Shown here one piece after another: positions 23,204-33,806 of a DNA stretch of 33,806 nucleotides. The DNA comes from Paraglomus brasilianum. Lineage: Eukaryota. Both the position numbers and the translations under genes were made by a program. Each line of letters begins with the position of its first letter. Position 1 is the stretch's first letter. The notes under the pieces are model-generated. The model was given only the letters and a program-made list of their open reading frames with translations. It had not been told where the DNA came from and ran no database searches. The DNA lies in contig CAJVPI010000352.1 of NCBI GenBank assembly GCA_910592345.1, positions 1 to 33,806 on the forward strand, read 5' to 3'.

Positions 23204-25473
23204 GTATGAAATAATTAATCGTCAAAATGCTCCAATTAATAATAACATTAACCATTAATAGCAATAATAATAACAACCGAGTAATTATAACTACGGTAAT
23301 AATAACGATAAGGAATAAAGAGCGAGGAATAATTACGACTATCTACGACTATGGAATATTATTATGTATATACAAGTATATCTACCTGTTTCCATTAACT
23401 AATATAGACTACTATCGTTATCGTGGTTATAAAATATACATGTCTTTTTGCTACCTACAATTGTCCCTCGTTCTGTTTCAACTGTTCATGGGACTCTTCT
23501 CCGTTGCCCAAGCCACAATTGTTATACATTAACCAAATACCACACATTAATTCACAGTTCTATGAACACTATTATGGTAAAGACCACCAGCCGGAGTAAA
23601 TGGAACGTGTTGCTCAATATGCACACTTGCATGCGTATATATATCAATAAATGTACCATCATCACATACCATATCGATACAACATATCTCATAATCATTG
23701 TCATCAGAATCATTTTCATCGCAGTCATAACCATCATCATCGCCATCCTCCTCCTCCTCCTCCTCCTCTTCATTCCGTTGATTATATCATTTTCTTATTT
23801 CCTCCATCTGCTCCATTTTCTCTTCTTCTCAATTCTTCACTGTCTGGGCTTATTCGCAAACAAAAGAAAAAAAAAATAAAAAAGATTTCTACCACTGCAC
23901 AAACAAAACAATCTGTGTGACTAGACATTACTGTTTTAGCATGTTTGGTATGATGTAGGGTCCAAACCGTTTCTTTGTCTGAGAGAGAATAATAAGCGCA
24001 TGAATATGAAGTGAGGGGCTGAGTTTTTTTTTTTTTCTTTCCTTTTACTTTTCTTCATTTCATTCTTATTTGGCGACAGATGCAATCGGTGTTGTGCAAT
24101 ATGAAGTGGTGAGGTTAAGAAGCTGTGTTCCCCTTTTACTTTCAATATGTGTCTATATTCAGACAAAAGTACGTCATTTTTTATATACCTTGACCCATTT
24201 CTGTGAGGGGGTCTGTGTTAGTTTGTCGTTGACGATAAATGGCATAACCCTACGGTTCAGTTGCACACGTTAATGTATCTAATGTCATCACTTTCGTATT
24301 TCATTATACATATTTGTTATTCATGCTATGCTCGTATGTGTGGTCTATCTAATGCATCTAACTTTCTCTGTCCCAGCTCCTCTCAAACAATGGTTTTACA
24401 TTTCCATTTGTCTTTCCTGTCCCGCTTTTTTTACAGCCCAACCTTTGGCGTTTGCTAAGCACGCCAAGTGCAAGAGAATGAGATGCCAGCAGCAAACAAA
24501 AAAAAATTCATGTATGTATCGACAATAATTATAATGGGTCATTTGACATACCGTTTACTTTATCGTAAAAACTTTACAACAAACAATCCCCAAACTAATA
24601 TAATATGTTCAATGGGGCTGCATACATAACATTCCTTTTTTATTTCTCTTTATCTCTTGAGAATTGTCACCACGTTTGTCTCATATCACAATCGCACCCA
24701 TTATTCTTGTTCTCCATCCGCCCATCTCTTCGTCCCATTTTCCAAATGAAAGAGATTTAGGAAATATACGGCGAATTCTGCAGAGCGAGAAAAATCTGCA
24801 CGAAGTCAATCTAAACTAATATGCGAGGCTCCATATTCAGGATTCCCCGAGATCATCTGAACATGTAGCGAATTTAGCACAGCGGTTATGTTATGCGTGA
24901 TAACGTCGTTTGCGATATAGAGAGAGATAAAGCGAGATTGTTATGTTGTGTGAATGTGTTGTGTTTTGTTATTTGGTTTATCTCTCAGTCAGACTTGCCG
25001 AGTATGAAAAACGTCGGCAGAAAAGTCAAAACGCCCTGTGCGTCGTAATCATATTTAATGCAAAATAGCACATAAGAAATAATTACATAAGAAATAATTA
25101 CATAATGCACACGGATATATATCGCCCTTATGGTATATTAGGTTTATCACATTTACACTTGGCCTAAACTTCGGAGAAATTCTATTGATCGTAACGGTAA
25201 TTATTTGTCACCAAAATGCAACCTATTAAGTAATCACATGTCAACTAATCGTTGTGTCACGTGATATAAAACAATGGGTCAAACGACTCATGTATCACAA
25301 CAGCAGGCAAGCATCAGGTGCATGTGGCTATCCATTAACCTCTACTAGTAACAAGGTAGAAACACGGATAGCAGCAGCGACGCACAACATGACCAGTTTT
25401 TAGATAATGAATAATGTGAATTCCTCCTCATTGAGATATTTGCCGACTGCCGTAGCTGCATAGCTGACCGAGG

Positions 25474-25625
25474 ATGATTGATTGATTGACTGATTGATTG
25501 ATGATGATGACGATAATGTTGACGATGAGGATAAGGATGAGGATAATATTGATGATGAGGATAAATGTACGATGAGGATAATGTTTACAATGAGGATAAT
25601 GTTTACGATAATACGATGAGGACAA
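25474..25625. repeat. Low-complexity (GATT)n and GATGAGGATAA-type repeats downstream of GPLD1
   Basis: gattgattgattg followed by repeated gatgaggataa units. Confidence 0.8.
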
Positions 25626-25786
25626 GGACATTATTATAATTACCATAATTGTTACTACCACTATTGTTATTTTGTTGATTGCCATAAACTTGAAAATTTT
25701 ATTATACAATCACCAAGTATACATGTCTATCGTCCTATAATAATAATAATAATAATATACATAGACAGACATCACGAAACAGTCTT

Positions 25787-28700
25787 TCATCCAAATAACA
25801 CATGGATTCGACCTCCAAACCTGCAAGGAACAATACGGAAATACATCGAGCATTAATACAATATGCACGCTTTGACGCACAATTAGTTAATGTCACCTCA
25901 ACAACCCCCCCACCATCCCCCCTTATTACATTACATAAACATTTACCTCACGTTCTTACTCGAATGAACTGCTGCAATTATGAAATCATCGACTCCATCT
26001 CCGTCTATGTCTATCTCAGTCATTTTACTTCCGAATTTCGATCTATTCTCACTAGTGGTTAGGCATTCTTCAGCACCAGGAGTGAGGAGACCAGTATTCG
26101 GATTAAAAGAATACTTGTAGATCTTGCCGGATTCTAAAAGCGAGGTAATGGGAATGCTTTTTAGCACAAAGTCTGTATGTAGATCTAAATCAAATGAATG
26201 ATTGTATCCTTTCACTCATTTCTCACTATCACACCCACTTCTCTCTCTTCCTATCTCCTTCACCACCCATTTCCATTCTCCCAAAACTCACCCCAAAGCG
26301 CAAAAGGCTCCGATACCCAAATTGATCCCTTTCCGTTCGCATGCACTGCACTTCCAAAGTGCGATGCGCTTTCTGATCCGTAAAGTAACGCGTACATTCC
26401 CTCCCCAAGTCGCAAGTCAGATATCAACGAACCATTGCGCAGAGTGGTGAAATCGATAATGCGTAATGCTCCGGCTTGCCAAAACTTTATTCGAGGAAAA
26501 GATAGTTGGTGGGTCTTTGATGGGTGGCAGAAGTGAAGGCAATAGATTGATGTGAGGTGAAAAAAGAAGATTATATGTTAGGCTTCTATTATATAACCTG
26601 TGGAGTATGAAATGCTCAACAAGAAGTGCAATAGCCGTCACTGATTATAAGGGTATTCTACAAAAAGAAAGTACATACCTCAGATTCGGATGACACTGCT
26701 AATAACACTTTTCCATCACCACGAAAATCTCCTGACAAAATTGTACTGTGAAAATAAAACAAGGGGTAAGTTTGCCCATTCTTCACCGTGAATATACCAA
26801 GCACTTATCGTTCGTCACCCGCCAACAATATTCTTCTCAGCATGTTATAGGAATCTAACTTTACCTTCCTAAGCCTTGGAACTTTTCAGTCCCACTTAGA
26901 TCAAAAGTCTTCCTTATAACTATTTCGGGCATTGGCATTTTCTCGCCTTGTTTTTCTCTTGTGGTTATTTCATATCCATACAGCCTCCCTGCCAACGGTA
27001 TCCCACGTTTTCCATATCCCCGTGCACTCACAATTAAAGTAACCTTTGCGGAATCGGCATGGTTCACAATCTCAATTGCCGAACCGAATAACTCTCGTTT
27101 TCGTTTTAGTGGAGATAACAGAACATGGTCTGCTTCAAACAGCGGAAGAATGCCACTATGATTGCGCGATGAGAGAACAAAGAATAATACACCGACCTTT
27201 TAGGAATAAAATATGTGAAAAAAATTGCAAGTTTAGTACAAAGACTTTTTGTGCTCGAAACCACGGTTCAATACGGTTCAAACCCCCCTCCCCCCAATTT
27301 TTCAAAGCCTCAATTTTCCATCAACCATATCTATCGTTCTACTCCAACCCCACCTGTTCGGTCACGCCACGAATATAAAGAGTGCAAAATGGACACCCAA
27401 TGATCAAATCCTTTTTTCCATCGCCGTCAATATCACCAGCAGCCAAGGCTTGTCCGAGTTGCTCAATTTTAATTCTCAATGAAAAACGCGCATCTCCAGG
27501 TTGAATCGTGATATCGGGAGTGGTAGAGAGGCCAGACTCGACATGGCCGAAATAAACGTATACGCGACCGGAATAGATATCTGCGGGAGGCGGATGATAG
27601 CCTGTCTGTCCTGGTTCTTCTGACCAGTTTGTCGCATTACCGGCTCCTGGAGCTGATATGACCAAATCATCCACTCCGTCACCGTTCAAATCTACTACCG
27701 CACATGACCAACCGAACCGTGCCTGTGCGGATTGCTCGGGATTGGTAAGTGTGCGGTTGGCTAATGCGGCGACGTCGGCTGTTGCATGGACATTGGAGTG
27801 ACGCAATGGAGAGGTCCCGCCGTCTAGAATGAAAACACTACCAACGTGTAGAGCAGTTGAGGATGGCGGTGTGTAATACGGAGCAGTTAAGACTATGTAT
27901 GATAATTAGGAAAGAAAGAAAGAAAGAAGAAGCGATTTATCTCAGGCACAATCGACAGATACTTTGTGTGCCTAAATAAAGACCTCGAAACCTCGACAGA
28001 TACTTTGATTGCTCAATATACATTTTTACTTTCACTTTTTTTTTTTTTTTTTTCAATTCCTTTCACTCACCTTTCACTAAACCACAAATGTTTACAAAAA
28101 AAGATACTCACCCAAATCCTTAAACCCATCATTGTTAAAATCTCCAACACACATCGCATGTCCTAAACCAGCATATGGTTGCGGTATATCCAATGTTGTG
28201 GCCGCCTTCCGAGCTTCCGCTACCGGATGGCAGATGACAGGCAGTCCAGTTGTATTTGATGGGGATGTGGGAGAAACGGATACGGGAGTTTCAAAAGGCG
28301 AGGTTTGAACCGAAATGGATAATGGCCGTTGATCCCTACGATTAGAATGCGATTTGTTTCCAGCGATGGCCCGTCTTATGATAGTGTTTATTTTTTCAAG
28401 CTCGTCTTCCGTGATCTCTTCCGTGGTCCTATTTCTCCTGTCCTCCAAGTAAAATCTTGCGACTCCTCTCTCGTCCATGCTACTCTTCACTTGCAACCCG
28501 ATTACGTCCAACATTTCCGTAGCGTGTGTTCTCATTATCTTTCCAAAGTTGATATAGTCGTCATCCTCGGTGTCCATGTTAGCCTGTTCATTCTCGTCGG
28601 CTCTGGCTTTTTCCCTTACTCCACGTTGCTCAACTTGATCAATAGTCGAATACTGTGCAAAAATCCTGCACGGAAAGAACTCATGGGCTCCTTCCTCGAG

Positions 28701-30282
28701 CCATTTAGCAAGAGCGTACCAGCATTCGTGTGTATTTGCGGCCATTTCGTTGAGCCCGCCACGGTAGTATGATGTGAATTGTTCGATTAAAAACGGAGAC
28801 TGGTATAAATAGGAGGGGAGAATGTAAACGATGAAGTGCTTTTGAAGATTAACACTAGAGAATTTGGATTTCTGATCTTGCATACCTGTTGGCCATACAC
28901 AGCGAAGAAGTGCTTGCCGAGTCTCTACCGAGTTTATATAGGTAAATAGATACAGAACTAATTAATATTTCTGGTGCAAGATGTAAACAATAATTCTGTT
29001 CTCATTCTCACACTTCAAAGCTACATACTTTGTTAGCCTGTTGGGCCGTAAATGCTTTTTGAATGCAATAACTCATCTCCTCTGGACGCGCTTGTAAACC
29101 AATCTTATTGTATATCTCTTTGATATCTGACAATGGCGCCTCCCATACATCCTGATTTTAGGTGAAAATTATTTGATGAGACAATACGCATATTAATTAA
29201 CATGCAGAGAGAAAAAGATGACGGAAAGAGATTAAGTTATATCTACGGGACCGTTATTAAGATGTTTCATGTCAGACAAATCGAAATACTGCATTCACCC
29301 ACGATCCTACGCCTCATCCTGGTCTTTCTCCTTCCAATACGTTAACTCATACCAATAAATAGTCCAACTTGGTCATATGTGAAAGCGTAAATTCTCCTCC
29401 ATTATCGGCTACTTGGTGCGCCTTGTTGTAGTCGCCTCCGAAGTTAATATCAGCCATAATTCTCATAAATCCGTTGCGCATCCTAATACTATGCCATGAG
29501 ACGTCAGCTACATCATGAGAGGTGATTGCAAAGAGGAATGCAATTATCGACTTTTGAAAAAAGAATGAAATGTAATGAGTGTCATTGGGAGAATGTAGGC
29601 AATGTGTTTCGGGGTCATGTCAAACGTTATTATTGTCTACCTGCGGTGTCTGTTCATCGGCCCATGGTCGAGGATACCTTTCTCGTATGTAATTGACGGC
29701 CGCACGTAAAAATTCCGGCCAGTGTGCTTATGGAAAAGTAAGGATGATATATTACTCTTTGTGCAACTCGTCTCATTTGCATTACTTTGGTACGAACCGA
29801 CTACAATATGATCTTATTTTATTATATCTTTATGTCTCTCACGCGATGTACCTGCTTCTGACTGTTCAGGATTTTCCAGACAATCGTATCCCCTAAAAGA
29901 ACGCAAAGTCACAAAACTGATTGATACTCTAGTTTGCAAAGTATGCAGTATAATGATTTTATATTAATACTAAAATACCAGTCAGGAAAGAATGAACCAG
30001 TCTAAAGGGAAGCATTCGGGAGTGCGTTAGCATTAAAGTCTCGCCGTTGAAAACTACCATTAGCTTCTTATAAATATACTCAAAGTTTCCGTACTGTCTC
30101 ACCTGGACGAATGTCGGGTACTCCCGTATAAAGTCGGCGTATTTTTCATATTCTGCAATTACTGGACTAAAGTCTGATAGTGCGCGCACAGTAACTTCGT
30201 TGTGAAGGCTCATGCCGCACCCAGAAACAGCCGTAGCTATTCCGGCGATGAGAAGACACGTAACAAGTGCTCTCTTCGCCAT
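25787..30282 (-). CDS. GPLD1: GPI-specific phospholipase D-like protein (Zn-dependent phospholipase domain plus FG-GAP propeller), multi-exon
   Basis: Signal peptide MAKRALVTCLLIAGIATAVSG, then CGMSLHNEVTVRA, GSFFPDWGY, AHWPEFLRAAVNYIRERYP.PW, AFLFAITSHDVADVSWHS, HQVADNGGE. FG-GAP repeats GDFNNDGFKDL, DLNGDGVDDLVISAPG, GDIDGDGKKDLIIGCP, DIDGDGVDDFII. The last exon reads RFGGRIHVLFG* with the stop at 25787-25789. Some middle exon junctions were not fully traced. Confidence 0.92.
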
Positions 30283-31929
30283 TTTAGAACCGAAATTTCC
30301 GTCAAAGAGGTTCAGAAATTCGAGGGGCAAATGCATAAGAGTTAAATAATTGAAAGCTGAAACTTGGTCACTGCTATTTATATTCTAGCTTCGAATGCAT
30401 CTATTATGCGAATTGTAAGGGTTAACCGTTATTGTTCAAGAAATCTGTATTCAGAAATCAGTTGTGACTTTTTCAGTCTCGACATCTTTATTCCTCGATT
30501 TGCGTGTGTGTTTGTGTCTTATTTGGGGATTAGGTTGGTGAGAGCGTGCGAAAGTTACGCAAATGGAGAGAATGTCTGCATTTTTCGAGCGAACGGAGAG
30601 CAAGGGATGAACAATAAGATAAGAATAATCAATGAATTGATTTGCTCATAGTGGCATGGGGCTGTTCTGCGATAAAGTGAACACAAAAAGGGATGGCAGG
30701 AAACCGACTACCAAATTCTGGCTATGTGTCAGTATGCGATATTCAAATCAAGAAAGCGCTTCTGTAACAGCCGGGTTTACACACGGTACCTTTTTTTTTT
30801 TTTTCATATTTTTTGATTGACCCCACATGAACAATTGAATTTATGAAATCGTGTCACAACAATCAGTAAAAAGTCAGGGATAATGTTTTTATAGCGTTAG
30901 TAGCCCGCTCAACAAATCCCTTTTCTGGTTAGCAAGGAAATCCCTTAATTATAGCACCCCTTCTACAATTCACATTCTTAAAAACAAATTATCAAAAAAC
31001 GAGTTTGTCTTGGTCTTTTGCGTTATTATACGACTTACAATTGTAAATTAAAGATAATTCAATAATTGCCGAAAACGTTGAATCTTGTGAAATTTACTTG
31101 CCAGGAAACCTGAGCTTGACCCTATTTTGGGATCAGAATCAGTGAAGCAAAGGCGTTACTCCCCTAAGAGTATCTGATAGCGATAATAAGTCTTGGCAAA
31201 CATCTGCTTAACAATACACATAAGAACGAGAATCAAAGAAATCATTAGATCGGATACAAAACTGCATACTAATACGAGTTCTATCTTGTTACACCTTTTT
31301 TGTTCGGTTTATGATAATATTGTCCAGAAATGGCCAACCGGATACAAAGCATTGGTATTAAATGCACTATTGATTAAGTTGAAGCTTTAGTGTTTGACAA
31401 AGGCTTGCTATTACTATCATATTTTAAGCTAATACTGTAATACATCATGCTCTTCTTCCTCAATCTTGTGATATTTCATAATATTATCCTCTAATAATAT
31501 AATAGTAAAACTAGTTCTGTTCACTGGCCATAAATAAGCAATAGTGGTAATTCCAGGAAGCTCTCTTAAGTATTAATTTAATATGTCACGAAAGTCCAAC
31601 ATATAAATAGAAGTTTCGACTTTCAGTACATTTTGATAAATTTCCACTGAATCTGGCTGCTCGAGTTAGAAGTCAATTACAAACAGCTATTCAAAATTAT
31701 GTGTTAAAGAAAAGCGTCTTTTTTTGGCAAGCAAGAAGAAGCTGTTTTTTTTGACAATATTGCTGTCAACTAATGTCAAAAATATAAGCCAAGTTACTGC
31801 AATGAAGCAGTGGAATAATTATAGTTTAATTATTCCACTTATCCGGATTATAACCATCCCAATGACGATGAGATTACGTTTGTGCCGTCATTCAACTACG
31901 GCGAGTTTGTGTTTGTGTCGTCATATGGT

Positions 31930-33448
31930 TTTTACATTAGATCCGAGATATAAATTTCATAATCGACATACTCTTCATGATCAAATCATGGGAGCATATG
32001 AAGAAAAAAGACAATTAATAAAAACAATAGTCAGTCGAATTCCGGGGAAAGTATCTTTCACAGCAGATATGTGGACTGCAAAAAACAATGCAGCTTTCCT
32101 GAGTTTCACAATTCATTATATAGATGGAGAGTGGGTATTTAAGACATTTTTATTAGACATTATTCCAATGGGCAGTGCGCCATACAGGGATGAATATAGC
32201 TGAGGCTATAATTAATGTATTGGGGGAGCATAATCTTAGTAATAAAGCATTAGCATTGAAACAGACAATGCATCGGCAATGTTAGTTTGTGGGGGAACAA
32301 TTGCAAAAGAGCTTGCAGATAATTTCAGCAACCTAACCTTCACTCACTATCGATGTGCGCTCACGTACTTAATCTTGCGGTTCAACAAGGACTTCAACAA
32401 ATCAGTGAAATGCGCTCACGTACTTAATCTTGCGGTTCAACAAGGACTTCAACAAATCAGTGAAATTATCGGAAAAGTCCGAAATATGATGACTGATGTA
32501 CGATCCTCCGCACCGACTATTACATCTTTAAAAGCATTATGCGTTCTTAAAGAAATCAATTATCTTGCTCCTGTAATGGATTGTCCTACCCGATGGAATT
32601 CCACATACTATATGTTGAAGAATTTTGAGCACTTCGAATGATAATCCTAGTGTGAGAGATCGATATCCATCACAATCCGAATTACAGAATATTCACGATA
32701 TTATTGTATTGCTAGAGCCAATCAAACGTGCTACGCTTTTCCTCTCTGCATCAAAATATCCCACGCATGGAGACATCCGACTATGTTTTTTGGCAATATT
32801 AGAAAATCTTGAGAATGAGTTTTTCACTCAGTCAGCGGCTGCTAACAGCATCTACAATAAACTCAAAGACTATTGGCCTATTTTAGATCACACATCTCAA
32901 ATATCTGCTATCTTGGATCCACGCTCTAAGCTATCAGCATTTAAAAACGATAACAAGTTAAAGCAGCTATTTTAGAATTGACATCATATTGCAATTCATC
33001 TCTGTCTAATGTAGAAGAACATACTGGAGATGATGTTGTTGATGTACGAAATTATTTCCGTCAACTTCGACAAAGAAATGCAGCCATCACTGATGGATCT
33101 ATAGTACACTTTAATTCTGAAGCCACCCTTACTTCAAGCAACAATTCTTCCATGTACACAAATGAATGGCTACTAATTTATGCCGAGTTAACACGTTATT
33201 TGTCAGCTCCATTGGAAGATAAAGTAGATCCACTGCTTTTGTGGCATGCTCAACAAAGTGTGTATCCAATTCTATCACTTATGGCACGGGATTACTTGTC
33301 AGTTCAAGCAACAAGTGTTGCTTCTGAACAAGCATTTTCAGTTGCAGGACAGACAATAACATCTCAGCGTAATCGTCTAGATCCTGATACTGTAAGAGCA
33401 AGTCTGTGTCTACGATCTTGGATAACTAATCATATATGTTCATACTAA
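31930..33448 (+). pseudogene. hAT-superfamily transposase pseudogene, 5'-truncated and frameshifted
   Basis: VSFTADMWT (first D), TDNASAM (second D), RC..HVLNL, CPTRWNSTYYML, ILDPR and the hATC dimerisation domain YPILSLMARDYLSVQATSVASEQAFS...RNRL. Split over four ORFs. No BED finger seen. Confidence 0.93.
32356..32465 (+). repeat. Exact 55-bp tandem duplication inside the hAT transposase
   Basis: tgcgctcacgtacttaatcttgcggttcaacaaggacttcaacaaatcagtgaaa at 32356-32410 and 32411-32465. Confidence 0.97.
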
Positions 33449-33689
33449 TATTACAATGAATAAATTCTATAATTATAATACATATTTTCATTGTTTTCTA
33501 ATACTGTTTGATTTATTCAATATTATCAAATTTTATTATGTAAATATACAAATTATCGCTATTTTCATATAATAGGACTGGTTTGGAGAAACGGACTGAG
33601 AACCATTTCAGAACCAGTTCGGTTGGTTCCAATCTAAAGAACCGGTTCTTTAGAACCGGAACCGACCGAACCGAACCGATCCATCCCTG

Positions 33690-33806
33690 CTTTTGAGGTG
33701 TCGAATATGATAAATCGAAAAACAAGAAAAATAACACGAAAAACGGTTCGCAAAATGCTCTGCTGGGGCCACTATCAATTTCGCCAACGCCTGGTGGCTA
33801 AAGCAG
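33690..33806 (+). mobile_element. tnpB: Second Fanzor2/TnpB copy, internal fragment running off the window
   Basis: Aligns to 4663-4768 and translates without stops as FEVSNMINRKTRKITRKTVRKMLCWGHYQFRQRLVAKA. Confidence 0.92.

Larger units (their letters stand above)
31930..33689 (+). mobile_element. hAT DNA transposon remnant with intact right end
   Basis: The transposase remnant is followed by dense GAACC/AACCG subterminal repeats (33575-33680) and a terminal CCATCCCTG, the reverse complement of an Ac-like CAGGGATG end. No matching left end was found. Confidence 0.85.

Noticed and set aside
23500..24870. Possible multi-exon minus-strand gene with an acidic tract
   Set aside because: Splice-like signals exist, but key candidate exons contain stops in all three frames and no family is recognisable. 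The listed ORFs mostly reflect low-complexity sequence.
30600..30885. CAAGGGATGA, AAGGGATGG and CAGGGATAA as the left hAT TIR
   Set aside because: None matches CAGGGATGGATCGG or is followed by subterminal repeats or preceded by the candidate TSD.
33575..33680. Short GAACC repeats as a CRISPR-like array
   Set aside because: No constant repeat-spacer period; position and pattern fit hAT subterminal transposase-binding repeats.

Overview
AT-rich eukaryotic DNA with many short GT-AG introns. It is most likely from an early-diverging (non-Dikarya) fungus such as Mucoromycota; this is inferred from an animal-type E2F gene, a GPI-phospholipase D gene and Sel1-repeat debris. Four apparently intact spliced host genes are present: an Ssh4/Ear1-like transmembrane SPRY protein (6173-7841 +), inositol monophosphatase (12459-14054 +), an E2F transcription factor (20297-22118 -) and a GPLD1-like protein (25787-30282 -). 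They sit among decayed pseudogenes and transposons. The most interesting element is missed by the ORF track: a degenerate IS607-type transposon (~3177-5090 +) encoding a Fanzor2/TnpB-like RNA-guided nuclease. Its N-terminus overlaps a serine-recombinase (TnpA) remnant in another frame, it contains a 95-nt spliceosomal intron and an NLS-like KKRK motif, and it is followed by a structured putative omegaRNA. A second, more intact copy of this nuclease gene starts at the right window edge, fused to the right terminal inverted repeat of a decayed hAT transposon through a 7-bp shared sequence. All family assignments come from manual translation and motif recognition; no searches were run.
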